Shown piece by piece: positions 1 through 13,938 of a DNA stretch of 64,000 nt (positions within the stretch are counted from its first letter, which is position 1; each line of letters starts with the position of its first letter). Location of the stretch: assembly GCA_951406725.2 (NCBI GenBank), contig OX597815.1, positions 86,428,001 through 86,492,000 of the forward strand. The letters are read 5' to 3'. A program made the position numbers and the translations under genes. This stretch comes from Octopus vulgaris. Taxonomy: Eukaryota. Below the pieces are notes generated by a model. It saw only the letters and a list, made by a program, of their open reading frames with translations. It searched no databases and was not told the DNA's origin.

Positions 1-35
<35 letters not shown>

Positions 36-53
36 CGACGACGATGATGATGA
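1..53. repeat. (GAT)n microsatellite
   Basis: Direct: gatgatgat... with a few gac units. Confidence 0.95.
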
Positions 54-299
54 ATTTATCCTGTGTTGATGGTTATTAACGTATACACTATTAACCACAG
101 TGGCAAGTTAACAATCCTGGTAAAGGAAAGAATACATATTCTATGAATATGGTGTTTGGACAGTTTTCAATGGGAGTACATACACAAAATCTTGATTTGA
201 AGCGAAATATGAAATACCCTTATTTAAAGAAGTAGAACAAAGCCTAAAAGACATTGAAATGCAATAAAAATGTTTAATACGAGGGCGTGCTGAAAATAC

Positions 300-860
300 C
301 TGGCTTTGGGTAAAAGAAAATACAGGAGGATCAGCTATGATTTTATTCAAAATATTCCCCTCTCAGACTCACACGCTTACTGCAGCAGTCCTTCAGCTTT
401 CCTACACCTCGTAAAAGAACCCGGAATCTTCGGCCTCCAATCAGGCCTTTTGTGATATCCTTAAACCCAGCAATTTTTCAGCACCCACTCGTAAAGGCTT
501 TTGTTTCCGGTGCAGAGACACATGTGATCATCCCACCACACGATAACCAATATTGATTACATTTTTCTCTGTAAACTAACATAACCGAAGTAGTCGATAT
601 TTCCACTGGACAAAATTCAACCACATAAACATGCAAGTCAGTGATAAATCTTGCAAATTATATCAGCCATCAACTAGCCATTATCAGTATACCACCTCTG
701 GGAGTGTCTCATTACCAGTGATAGAAACATCGTAGTTTAACTGGCGAGACGGTATTCCTGAAATTAGAAGACAAAATCTGTCAATTAGTAGAATTGACAG
801 TAACGTGTGACTCGTTTAGAAAAAAAGTAATGATCGTAAATTTTCAACAAAACTGTCTTA
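300..860 (+). pseudogene. Possible highly decayed C-terminal part of an RLE-type non-LTR retrotransposon
   Basis: Hand translation gives RKYRRISYDF (~315), QAFCDILKPSN (~445) and KICQLVELTVTCD (~775). These loosely resemble the RKISW..., YDVLPTP.NL and ELTVP motifs of RLE LINE C-termini. Many stops and frameshifts. Confidence 0.25.
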
Positions 861-933
861 TGTAACCACTATGAGGTATGTTCCTCGTAATCAATAGCAA
901 AGGAAATACAACAACTAATACTACTACTGCAAA

Positions 934-1025
934 AGAAGAAGAAGAAGAAGAAGAAGAAGAAGAAGAAGAAGAAGAAGAAGAAGAAGATGATGATGATGAT
1001 GATGATGAAGAAGAAGAAGATGATG

Positions 1026-1103
<78 letters not shown>
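934..1103. repeat. Compound microsatellite (GAA)n-(GAT)n-(GAA)n-(TAT)n
   Basis: Direct; explains the poly-E/D/Y ORFs. Confidence 0.95.
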
Positions 1104-1349
1104 GAATGAATGAATGACCCCCTTCGGTCATGAATGACCATGGGATTGCACCTAGAAAGTTACCCTCCTAGACACAAGTCTGGGCAAGGTTGTTTATGGA
1201 AGACCAGCAGTCGCCCATGCATACCAGCCTCCCCTCTCCACGCCACCAGTGTTATCCAAGGGAAAGACAAAGGTCGATACAGCTTGGCACCTGTGGCGTC
1301 GCAACTCATTTCTACAGCTGAGTGAACTGGAGCAACGTGAAATAAAGTA
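1104..1349 (-). mobile_element. 5'-truncated SINE with (ATTC)n tail
   Basis: Minus strand reads ACTTTATTTCACGTTGCTCCAGTTCACTCAGCTGTAGAAATGAGTTGCG..., a central-domain motif typical of tRNA-derived SINEs, and ends in (TTCA)n. The tRNA head is missing. Confidence 0.65.
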
Positions 1350-1396
1350 TTATTATTATTATTATCATTATTATTATTATTATTATTATTATGATG

Positions 1397-1927
1397 AAAT
1401 GCCCTGATGCAGTACCAGGCAGTAGCTTTCATGGTTTTTGACCCTAACCGAGTGGGACTGTTATCATGTACATGTTTTCGATTAAAAGATGGGCTACAGC
1501 AATTAGTCTGCTCAAAATCACAGATTCGCTGATCCGTTGCTTGACCATAGCCAGCTGAGCATGTCCGTTAGTAGCTGATGATATATGCATCTCTGATCAC
1601 GAGCAGAAGTAGAAGCCATGTGCTGAGAGGAATTATTTGGAGTTTGGATAATTCACCACTGGAAACATGAGTGTTTCATCCTTCAAACCTTATTCAGGGA
1701 CCTTTTGAGCAGGATGGGCTGATCGACCTAAAGAAAAATTTTAACTGGGATCCACTTGCAAGGTCATGCGCTGTTTATCTTGATATGAGATCACCATGTT
1801 GCGTACATATAGCTGTGTCACGTATGCCATGTGTACCCTTATCAGATATGTAGTCATAATGGGTATATTGGGTTTCGTATATTTGAAACTCAGTGTCACC
1901 TTGATGGAATGTGCTGCTCTCTCAAAC
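1397..1927 (+). mobile_element. ~530-bp non-coding interspersed repeat, copy 1 (AAT-array associated)
   Basis: Homologous to 62607-63132 and 26793-26970; shared 3' end ...GTGTCAC(C/T)TTGATGG..TGC..CTCTCTCA followed by (AAT)n. Confidence 0.85.
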
Positions 1928-1928
1928 A

Positions 1929-1980
<52 letters not shown>

Positions 1981-2018
1981 TAATAACAACAACAACAACA
2001 ATAACAATAATAATAATG

Positions 2019-2070
<52 letters not shown>

Positions 2071-2084
2071 TAATAATAATAATG

Positions 2085-2147
<63 letters not shown>

Positions 2148-2308
2148 TAACATACATAAAATTGCACTACTGGGCACTGCACACATCCTGTGCAAAACAC
2201 TTTCAATATAGTAACCATCAGAGCATCACAACAAATCACAGCACATACCCAAGGCACACAGAGCTGCGCTCGGCAGTGAAGTGAAAGCACGCTATAAAAA
2301 TAAAACTA

Positions 2309-2391
<83 letters not shown>

Positions 2392-2452
2392 CAACAACAA
2401 CAACAATAACAATAATAATAATGATAATAATTGTAATAACAATAATAATAAT
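1928..2452. repeat. (AAT)n arrays flanking a short LINE 3' end
   Basis: Direct. Confidence 0.95.
2147..2312 (+). mobile_element. R4/Dong-type LINE, extreme 3' end
   Basis: Encodes KIALLGTAHIL... followed by a 3'UTR nearly identical to the reverse complement of 61011-61170; embedded in (AAT)n. Confidence 0.9.
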
Positions 2453-2479
2453 TGCATTCTACGAAATACTGAAGACACG

Positions 2480-2610
2480 AAAACTCATACTAACTGAAAG
2501 AATATACACTTTTGTCGAACAGAAATCTATCTTTCCACAAGCTCAAAAAGGTTGTAAAAGAAATCCTTATGGATCAGTTGGTCATAAATAAATAATATAG
2601 TGAATGTAAA
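2480..2610 (+). mobile_element. R4-type RT fragment
   Basis: Translates as ILTERIYTFVEQKSIFPQAQKGCKRNPYG..DQLVINK, matching the EQKGC...DQLLIDK motif of R4 RTs. Confidence 0.6.
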
Positions 2611-3142
2611 TGACGTAAGTAATATAGACTCTCATACCCTACATAAACATAAATTGAGAAAAAGAACCTAGTGTATAAACCTAATTATAAGAATAGAAAT
2701 AGTAGACAGAAGATAACCTAGATAAACCCGATAGACATAAAAATAGTACTAAAAGGAATAATAATTCTCGTACGAATACTGCTAACACTAATCCTTCCCA
2801 CTCTTACTTAAAAACTATAAAAGAGAAAATGTCATTTGGCTAAATATCCCCTTTAATTAAGCGATCTCGACGAATGTGTACAGTAGATTTAGGTCTATAC
2901 TGGAAAAAAAATTCCCAGCCTCCCATAAATATCATAAAATAATTTCTAAGAAATCAGTGAGAATTTCATATTCCACTCTCACAAACATGGCTACCATAAT
3001 AGCTAGACTTAATAGTAAAAACATTAAGTTAGCCAGGAGTAGAATGAATAGTAACAACAATGATAGTAATAATAATTGTAAAAATAGCAATAATAATAGT
3101 AATAATAATAATAACAATAATAATAATAATAATAATAATAAC

Positions 3143-3185
<43 letters not shown>

Positions 3186-4460
3186 GTAATAATAAAAATA
3201 ATATTAATAATGATGATGATAATAATAATAACAACATTGATATAAATAGTGCTAATAACAATACCGATAATATAGGTAGTATAGATAAAAGTATGGTAGG
3301 TGATGATTGTGAGGATGGATTAATAACCAGTAACCCTACTTTGCATAACAACGTAATTACTAATAATGAAAATAATACTAATACTAATAATAATTTAAAT
3401 AACAGTAATGAAAGTGAACTGTCCTTAAATAATTTCAGTACCGGACACTTTCCCCCAGTTGTAATTGTAGGATTAGATCAAAACGTCTGGTATCTGGTCG
3501 TTGTTCGGTCCAAAATGTAATTTATAAATGCACGATAATAACTTCTAACAATAGCTTTCTTTATTTTGGTTGTTCGGTGGATTTTAAAAGACGTCTTAAC
3601 AATCATATTCCCTCTTTTAGACTCAAACATAAGGCAGGTTGCACAACATTATCTAGCAAAATTTGGGAACTAAAAACAAATAATATAGAATTCAACCTAA
3701 AATGGGATATAGTAAGAAGGACGAAACCTTATAGAAATAGTAGGGATGGTTGTCAACTTTGTTCTATGGAAACATCAGAGTAATACAAATCTGTTGAATA
3801 ACCGTTTGGAGTTGGGAGAATCTTGTATACATCGTACAACCCGAACGTTTAAATACTTCAAATAATAATTTTGTGAGTATTCCTATATTTTTCAAATTTT
3901 AATTCTTTATAATCAAATAAGGACCACTTGACATTGACCTAGTTCTCTCATCAAATAGTAGTAATTGGCATTTAGTAGTGACAATTGCTGTCTTCCACAT
4001 GAATTCCTTTTATGGAGCTCTGAAACCCCCTTTACCCCATTTATATAATTATAAAATCTTTATTGCTTCCTTCAACTTATTCCTCACAACTTTACAGCAG
4101 TCTAGAACAACCAAATTTTAGTCAGTCAGTTGAGGGACTCCACTACTTCATATGTTCTTTAAATTTAAATCCACATTTTTGTTTATATATCTACCTTCTC
4201 TATAATGTTGCCACTTCATTTTTGTATTAATGGAAAACCTCTATAATTGTCTGGTGAGTACTCAGTATCTTAAATCTGTTGTAATACTTACAACATTTAA
4301 TAAAATGATGTAGTACGAAACGATCGTACCAGATTACCGGAGTCATTCTTGTTGCTTATTCTGATTATAATCACCCCACGAATTTTTATGGACAACACCA
4401 TACAATATACTGGTGCATCTAAATTAAGTCCCATATTCATTTGAATCTAAATTTTTGCTG
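2610..4460 (+). mobile_element. Penelope-like element 3' half: RT-EN linker, CxC motif, GIY-YIG endonuclease and pseudo-LTR
   Basis: KRENVIWLNIPFN...KKFPASHKYHKIISKKSVRISYS (2820-2980). After a frameshift at ~3455: CNCRIRSK..SGRCSVQNVIYKC..LYFGCSVDFKRRLNNH..SF..TTLSSKIWELK..WDIV..Y..CQLC. HHR-like motif downstream. Confidence 0.85.
4244..4337 (+). ncRNA. Degenerate type-I hammerhead ribozyme motif in the PLE pseudo-LTR
   Basis: CTGGTGA-gtact...agtac-GAAA-cgatcg-TA; core A6 is mutated and stem I is poor. Confidence 0.55.
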
Positions 4461-5266
4461 AACTTATATATATATAGCTGCGTACGTACACTTTGGCTTC
4501 TTATATGTAAGTACACATTTTTCAAAATATTGTACGACTCTATTTCTGTCTATCCGCCCTTTCGCGCTTGTTCGTTCATTTCACTCTTCGTTCTTTCGTT
4601 ACCCCTCTCTTACATTTCTTTGCCTTCTCTTCTTACTCACTTTCCCTCCACTTTTCACTTCACTGTGTCCCTGTCATTTTCTTCGCCCCTCCTTAATTCT
4701 TCTGTCCCTCTGCTTCTACTTATCTCTCTTCTTCTCCCTCTTAATTCTTCTGTCCCTCTACTTCTATTTCTCTCTTTTCTCTTCTCACGTGACTGTTCGG
4801 CCAAGCCTGCTCCTTCTTTCTTGATCTAACCGTTATCCGTGCAACATCGATATCCTTCCCCGTGTTTGTGAAAATTATGTATCTCTTCCGTAAGGCTTCA
4901 TTTCCACACGCGCCAGCTTAATTCAATTCGTCCTTAGTCGAAAGACATCTGTTGTAATGTTCTGTTATTATTTTTATTGTATTTATATTTGTGTAACATT
5001 GTCCGTTGTTTTTCCGTCCTTGTTTTTGTATACATTCGCTGCTTTCTTCCAAGGAATCTAATGCTCTTAGCGTAGTTTTGCCTCGGGGCTCGCCAGATTG
5101 GAGTAATCTCAAGCATAATGAGCCAAAATTGCGAGGATAATCTGGTGCTTGACTGAGGAAAAAAACTTCGAATGACCTGTCCTTGTTTTCTTTGTATCAT
5201 CTATCTGGATATTTTGTTGTCCCGTTTTGTATCACCTAGCTGTCCAGCTGTTTTGCCTTCTTGTGC

Positions 5267-5327
<61 letters not shown>

Positions 5328-5413
5328 TTACCAGGAGAAGAGGAGAGAGAAGAAAGAGAGACAGGACGAAATAGAGCGAAGAGAGAGACATAATGACAGA
5401 GAAGATATGATAT

Positions 5414-5940
<527 letters not shown>

Positions 5941-6694
5941 TAACAATGTTCTATAAACTTTTATTAGATTATGGATCACTATGCATTGCCGACAGTACAC
6001 TTTGCTCATTTCCTGGAATTTCCACTTTTCCATCTCAGAAAAATAATGAATATATTAACTATAACTATTTATCAGTGGTTATTCAGTAACATGCATATGT
6101 ATATTTTTCTTCGCTATTTTATTTTAAAGCATGTTATTTTGATAAATGATAGGTGAAAGTTGAAACAATCACAAATATATATTAGATAGAAAGGAAATCC
6201 GTTATAGGAACAACAGTTTAATAGAAATATATTAACAAAAAATTCCTTGTTATTTCAGTTTCTCAGACACAAAAAAAAAATGTCTGTATTCGGTAAAAGA
6301 AAAAAAATATTAAAATACAAGCCATTCATGTTGAGAGAAAATCTTATTCGTTAATATTTGGTTCAATATTAGCTAAATACATCGGCATATAAACAAGTTC
6401 GAATTATAAAGACAATAGGAGAGATACTTGCTTCAACCTAAGATACAAGAGTATTATATTTTACTTTCATCATTGTTTCTTTATTCTGAAATCAAGTTGC
6501 AGAGGGTTAATAACTGTTTCTGGATTGATAAAAAATAAAAGTATCAATAATATATTCATGTCTAGTTTGATTATAATCATCACCATCTCGTAGTTTATTA
6601 GAGCATTTGTTACGAAACTTGGTGAGGATGTGGGAAATATATTTCATCTGCATATAATCATACATTCATGCACTCGCACATGCGTACCCATAGT

Positions 6695-6728
<34 letters not shown>

Positions 6729-8664
6729 AACACACACAAACATGCACACAAACATACACAAACAAACACACGCGTGCGTGCACGTTCATATATTATGTAG
6801 TAATGCTTCAAAAAATAGGAAACACTCGATTACCTAACAGAGTAAAGTTAAACTTAAAATGAAAAAGAAAACCGCAAATCTTGTAAATGCAGCTACACAG
6901 GGTTTTCTGGTCGAAATAATAATTTATTCCACCATTTACCAAGCTGAAAACAAGACGGTTTGCTTGTTGCCATTTAAACAGTTTCAGCAGATCGGATGTT
7001 TAAACAAGAGACGCTTGCAATGAAGAAGACAGGAAAAATACAAGGGAGATAGCCAACGTTACAAGAATTCGATGCCAAGCAGACGTAAAAAAGATGTTGA
7101 TAGTTTACTAAATGTCCTATGTACCGGTAACCAGCCAACCAACCACCCAAACAGCCAAAACACTAATGCTAAAACAGAAAGTATTTTTTTACCTAAAACA
7201 TCCACCATAAAAAAATAAGACGTCATCAAAATTATAAACAGTCAGAAATTAGATCATTTCGCGTAAAAATATATACACAAAATATTTTTTAATTCCCAAC
7301 AGACACCGTGAAAAGCGAAGGAATCAGTACGCGACGGAAAAAAAAGAACTACATGCACGATGACAGAAGTAAAAACATTTTTTTTCACTGTTTTCCCTTT
7401 TTCTTCTCTAACATGTCCACATATTCTATAAAAACCCAATATGGCTGAACTTTCAGTTATATAGATTTGTTATATTCTTCGCCGAACATTTACCTTGATA
7501 TTATCTATCCCTATGAAACAATCATCTGATCGTTTAAACATGTTTGTTCGATTTCTATTTTTTAGTTTTAAACTCTGTTAAAATCCCCTTGTTTTATATA
7601 TATATTTGTACCATTGACAAACCCCAAAAAAATTGCTGAAACTAGTTTGGTACGTATGTGAATAAATCTATTTAAAAACAACACAATTTTCAATTTCAGG
7701 TGCATTTCACCGCCCCCCCCACACACACACACAAATATATATATATTCTGTTCGTGTATGTGTGTGTGCGTGTCTGCATTTGTATGTATACATATACATA
7801 AATTAGTGTTTGTACATAAGGACCTAAAATCTGAACGAGTAATAACAGAGTGAATGACGTTATGTTTATAAGACTGTCGGCAGTTTGAAATCTCCCCTTT
7901 TCGCAAAATCGATAGCACGATTATTATTGTTTTTATATAAACTGTAGTAAGACAGAGAATGGAAGAAGAGAAAAAGTGTAATGATAATTGGTACATAGTA
8001 TTAATGAAGGAAATTGCCATAATATATTTATGTTTAAAAATACGGAGACTGATAAATAGTCAATTTTTAAACATTGACAATCTATTTAATGGCTTGTTGA
8101 AAATGGAGATACCTAATACTTATCTATCCAAAATTCAGACGATATTTTCAGAGATTGGATGTGTATAATTTTTCATTCAAAATAGAAGAGAGATGTATGA
8201 ATAGTGTTGAGTAAATGTTTAAGAGTAACATTCACCAATTAAATACTGTATTTGTTAATGTTATTAAAAAAGGTGTTTATATAATTAACCACGAAAGATT
8301 AATGAACAGAAGCAACCTAACAAGTTTTGTGGTGAGTAATATGAAGAATGCGTTAAATCAAATTCCAATATGTAAATTGTATTAGATTTCAGTTAAACGA
8401 TTGTCTGACAGAAAAAAAGAAAGTAGGATTAAGCATGAAGGAAATATCTTAGGCTAATTTGAACAGGTGATGAAACATAATACTGTTAGCATACTGAGAT
8501 CCAGGTGTAATTACTAAAGATAAGTGTTTAGATTATAAGATTTAAGAACCTATGGAAACCAACACACATACACATACAAACACACGCGTACACACACACT
8601 CACTCTCTCACATACATACATGCATACATGCATGCATACATGCATGCATGCATGCATACATACA

Positions 8665-8696
<32 letters not shown>

Positions 8697-10077
8697 CATA
8701 CATACATATATACATATATACATACCACTTTTGTACCTGACAACTATTTAACTGAAATCTCATCGGAATTATGTTCATTGCATCAATGTTACCTCAAACT
8801 GATTATTTGAGCAGGTGGTGAATAATCGTTTATAGTATCATCAGTTCCGCATGTGTGCGGTCGATTCTGTAAAACGTTAGGTAAGGTTTCTAGGGTCACT
8901 GGTTCGCATTGTTGCCAAAAATTAGGAACATGATTAGTCTCATCAGCATTACTGTCTACAAAGCCTAAGTAATTGAGTAAAATGATGTCTGGATCCACAG
9001 ACATATTAGTCGTGGTTTCTATTTCATTGCTAAACTTTCTGACTATCTCTCAGAGTATCACTTGTTTTACGGACTCTTTTGTTCATTTTTATTGGTATCC
9101 AACCATGTCTTTTGATAGAGGAATTCTCACAATTGTCTTCAATGGGGATAGATATTCCATCGATCTTTAAAAAATACATTTCCAACTTAGTTTTACTTGT
9201 CATTAAATAATATAGGGAGCACTCCGAAGAAGACAGATACGCTCAATTTAGGTGTATTTTTGTGGTCTAACAATTCTGCTTTTAGTAGTAGTGAATTCGA
9301 CATTCCAGGGGATATATCTAAGCTGCCGTTTGATTGTGAACATGTGGGCGCAGGAAATTCTGTGCTCAAATCGCTCGTAGTAGAATTCTTCGAGCTTCTA
9401 ACTTTTAAACTGTGACACATTTTCTGTTATCTTCCACTGGAATAACATGTCTTGAAACCTGAGATTTGTAGTGGGTCAATTTTCTTATTTATTTTGTCCC
9501 TGCACTGTAACCGATGAATGTATTTTATTAGTTTTCAAAAATAAAAAATTGAATATACTTTCACTTAAATCTACCGAAAGTTCACAATACTGATTGTACG
9601 AATTCAAATGTACCCCTTTTCTAGCATCTTTTGTATCGCACATTTTCTATGACATCTGCATACACATTTTCTATGACATCTGCATATACAATTTTCCATC
9701 GTATGTGAAAATGATATTTATTTTATTCACCAATAATGATTGCAGGTGTGAAATTTTGACTTCATCATAGACGCATCCGTGTAAAATCCATATTGTACAA
9801 ACGCCATTTATCAGGTTGACTAAAACCAGATTTATGTTTAAGAGCTATGAATCTATAATCAACCATTTTTATCGAGCCATTCGTTAGACAACAGTGATAC
9901 TCAATTACTTAATTTAGCCAGGTCACAAAAACGGAAGAGCTAAACTCTACCAGGACATGCAGTCTATATGTCAATTAGAAGTATCCTTTTCAAAGGAAAC
10001 TTCTAGCACGATCTACGTATTGTGATTCCCATAAATACTCAACTCACAACACACTAAACTATTATACGTTCAGAATT

Positions 10078-10139
<62 letters not shown>

Positions 10140-10320
10140 AAGCGAGAGAGAGAAAGCGAGAGAGAGGAAAATAGATAGACAGATAAGTAGAGAGAAAGAA
10201 AGAGAGAAAGAGAAAGCAAGAGAGAGAGAAAATAGATAGACAGGTAGGTAGAGAGGGAAGGAGAAAGACTAAGAGAAAAACCTAAATAGAGTAAGATAGA
10301 AACAGACGAAGAGAGACAAA
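10078..10320. repeat. (GA)n-rich purine tract
   Basis: Direct. Confidence 0.9.
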
Positions 10321-10600
10321 ATCTATATCAAAACTTAACAGGTACATTATCTATCGACTCCTAAGAAGCGAAATGTATAGTTAACGTCGGAAAAAAACTA
10401 TGCAACGAATTCTATCCAACACACCGCCTTTAATATTCTAGATTAAATATTTATATTCTGCTTTGTTTCCTCAACAATTTATGAAACGCAAAAGGACAGA
10501 AAATCTACAGTTTTTAATGATACACACACACACACACACACACACATACACACACACACACACACAAACACATACACAGACGCATACATTATATATATAT

Positions 10601-11195
10601 AATTTAAAATAAGGGTGAAAAATTGAATATTAATTTGATTATATCAATTTAAAAGCAGTGGTCTAGCATATTTAAAAATCTGAAGTTGACATATATATAA
10701 AAGGGATGACTAGTAACAGGACATCCATTATGCTTAGTGGTCTTACCACTAAGAAAGGAATGTTCTCAAGAAAATTTAGCAAACGCCATAACGTAAGCGA
10801 GCAAGACAAATGAAAAGATACAAAATATAGATTAATCACAATCCAGGTTTCGTTGTTAATGCTTACGTAATCATTTACGTAATCATCTGCAAACTCGTCA
10901 GTGTGATCGTCTTTGCAAATATAATTTGCAGAACAATACTCGAGACATCCGCATGAGATTGAACATGTATACAGTTCTATCAATTACAATTGGAGTCACT
11001 TTCCAAAAGTCTTCGTTTTGGGGCGCCAAACTGCCGGAAATAATTCTGCAGAAAATAATTCTCTTCAGTGAATTTTGCCGGTTAGAGAACATAGCTATTT
11101 AGATTTAAATTTAAAATATTAAAGGTGAAAAATTGAATATTAATTTGATTAATATCAATTTAAAACTAGTAGTGTAGCATATTGAAAAGTCTGAA
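10601..11195 (-). mobile_element. ~510-bp non-autonomous unit with ~85-bp partial tandem repeat and a hammerhead motif (PLE pseudo-LTR/retrozyme-like)
   Basis: Direct repeats at 10601-10684 and 11108-11195; HHR at 10835-10907 on the minus strand. Confidence 0.7.
10835..10907 (-). ncRNA. Type-I hammerhead ribozyme motif
   Basis: Minus strand: atcaca-CTGACGA-gtt...aac-GAAA-cctgg-AT-tgtgat; perfect 6-bp stem I; U16.1 replaced by A. Confidence 0.75.
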
Positions 11196-12181
11196 CAAAC
11201 ATACATATACACACATACATAAATGATAAATATACATCCATACATGCATATACACTTAAATATTCATGTATGTATATACACATAAGTAGATGTGCGTGTG
11301 GAGGTGGGGGTATTTGTGTAATTAGACTTACAAGTGCCCGATGTGACACTCCTCAGCTCATATGATCAAAGAACAACATGTATATGTATGAAAATTATTT
11401 GTTGCAAGGCAATATATTTTAGTGATATTGCATATTCTGGGTGATAAAACAAGAAACTGAATTAAAAATTGAAAATGCAATATATTACGCAAAGTACGAA
11501 GGTTTGAAAAGATAATTATCTGCTTTCCGTATCACATCGATCGATCGAGTATTACTACTAATGAAAATGCTGGTTGATTTATGTGACGAATGCACACACA
11601 CACACACACACAAACAATGTATGTGTGTGTGTGTGTTTGTACATGGATAGAAATTAATGAATAGCAAATGAAAAAGTGTTCGTTAATCATTTTCATTAGA
11701 TTATAGTTATTTCTGCTATAAATAACCTGCACCCAATGCTGAGTGTTTGTGCAATGTTATATAGCTTCGTCGGAGCCATTGAAATGAAGTTGACACCTGA
11801 GTTATGTTATCGGCCGCCCCTCTTCCCCACTTCAACTGAAACATTAAAAAGTCCTTAAAAATTTCCGTAGCAAATGTGTCATATAATCTCTATCACTAAA
11901 GCCATCATATTGAAAGAAACTGCTTGTTCTGCCTTGGACAAAAAGGAATGTGTTTCTAGAATTCCAAGCCGCCAAGTGATAATAATTGTTATGGTGAATA
12001 AATAAACTTATAAATACATAAATAAATATATAGTACCAGAAATTTTTAGAAGATCTTGTCTTGCTATGGACATATAAATATATATATTGTTATATTCGTG
12101 ATGGTAATTTTTGTTTTGTCAAATAAACACGCACCTTATATATTCGTTCTTCAATTCAGATTTATCACTATTCTTATATGG

Positions 12182-12278
12182 AAATCTTTCGTCACACATC
12201 GTAAGATCACTTCAGCGACTCTCCATCCCGAGAAACGAAGAGACACGTTGGATGGAGAGTCACTGAAGAGGTCACACA
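12182..12278. repeat. Short fold-back made of two inverted partial hammerhead motifs
   Basis: Inverted repeat cttcagcgactctccatcc / ggatggagagtcactgaag. Plus arm reads CTGAAGA-ggtcacaca; minus arm reads ...tgtgtgac-GAAA. Confidence 0.55.
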
Positions 12279-12288
12279 GACACACACA

Positions 12289-12354
<66 letters not shown>

Positions 12355-12533
12355 CAGAAACATGTCTCTGGATGCAGTCGTAGATCTTGGGGGTGCTTGT
12401 CTCCCCTTTGTAAACATAGGGACACAGCAAATGTGTCAAGGCCGACAGGAAGCCTTGATGCTTCCTAGGGCTAAATAGCGGTGGTGTGATTCCCTTTATG
12501 GGACTGTCACGTTAAGTTGACAGTATACAACTG

Positions 12534-12589
<56 letters not shown>

Positions 12590-12877
12590 GTACCGAAAAA
12601 ATAACTTGCAAAGATATCATTGATTCTAATGTTATCCAGTGTAACAATTTAATAATGATAATAATAGAATAAATAGTATAGGCGAATGCAGGCCCCAAAA
12701 TGACATTAAAGAACTAAAAGATTAAAATTAATCAAAGGATATACTAAGTATGTCTACTTGCTAAAAATAACAGTTAAAACTCCTATTTAAATCGAATTAA
12801 ATAAGAGTTTTGACTGTTATTTCCAGCAGGTAGACATACTTAGTATGTCCTTTGATTAATTATATATATATAATTAA

Positions 12878-12903
12878 TGATAATAATGATAATAATAATA
12901 ATG

Positions 12904-12991
<88 letters not shown>

Positions 12992-13005
12992 TAATAATAA
13001 TAATA
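12878..13005. repeat. (AAT)n microsatellite
   Basis: Direct. Confidence 0.95.
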
Positions 13006-13307
13006 TTCCAAACTTACAGGGAAAAATTCAATTTAGAAATACTAAATCAAATTTCACAAAATATAATATATTAGAAATATAATAAATTAGAAAAAAACAC
13101 CTTTTATCAATTCAAGAATGAAAAATTAAATTATACCATTTAGAAAGATTATATATTATAGAAATATTAAATATAAGATAAAACATATAACGATGATTAA
13201 GTAATGTGCAAAATAATAAATAAAACGTATATATTTAGTAGAATAACGTGCGTGTTTCGTGGCTATATTTAAGAAATGATAATAGTAAAAATACATATAT
13301 ACGTTTT

Positions 13308-13400
13308 ATACGACGGGTAGTTTCCATCTACCAAATCCACTCACAAAGCTTTGGTCAGCCCGAGGCAATAGTAGAAAAAACTTGCCCTACATGAGGTGGG
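13308..13400 (-). mobile_element. CORE-type SINE fragment
   Basis: tttccatctaccaaatccactcacaaagctttggtcagcccgaggc matches 17838-17885. Confidence 0.7.
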
Positions 13401-13716
13401 ATTGTTAATTAGACTTACATGTGTCGGGTGTGACATATCAGCTCAGCGAATGATGATACTACGAAAGTATACAATACATAATTTCCTGGTAACATGGCTA
13501 TGTGTGGGTGTGTGTTGGACATTCTCTTTAATCTATTGGCTGAAAGTCCTCTGCTATAAGCTATCCAGCTGGCGCTAACAGATCGTAAGCTGTCAAAACT
13601 GTTAGACAATCGTAAAAAACCTCATGCATTATTTGATCCCTCTAATTACGTGCTAAGTTTAAGATTTGCTTTGTTTCATTTTCCCTTTCATCCAACCGTG
13701 TGTGATCACGCTAATT

Positions 13717-13938
13717 CTAGAGCAATTGACAGGCGGAATTTATGGAACTTTCTTAGACTGGGTTCGGCAGCGATGCCACCGATGGCAATCCTTCTATTGA
13801 CTAGCGTAAATGCAGTGGAGAGGTTAAGGTTGATCATATGCTACTACTGCTTAACTATGAAAGAAAACGTATCCCAGCTTTCTAGTTTCGAGCATATGAT
13901 GAAACCTGAGCAACAGATGACTAAGCGATAATACAAAC
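13717..13938. repeat. Local duplication, copy A (copy B at 15270-15510)
   Basis: Both copies run ctagagcaattgacagg...gactaagcgataatacaaa; copy A has a ~20-bp deletion. Confidence 0.9.

Noticed and set aside
869-2478. Poly-N/I/Y/L/E ORFs here and throughout the window (also YI, HT and VC repeats)
   Set aside because: They are translations of tri- and dinucleotide microsatellites, not genes.
13890-13912. C/D-box snoRNA (ATGATGA..CTGA)
   Set aside because: The boxes are only 3 nt apart and box C is not conserved in the duplicate copy.
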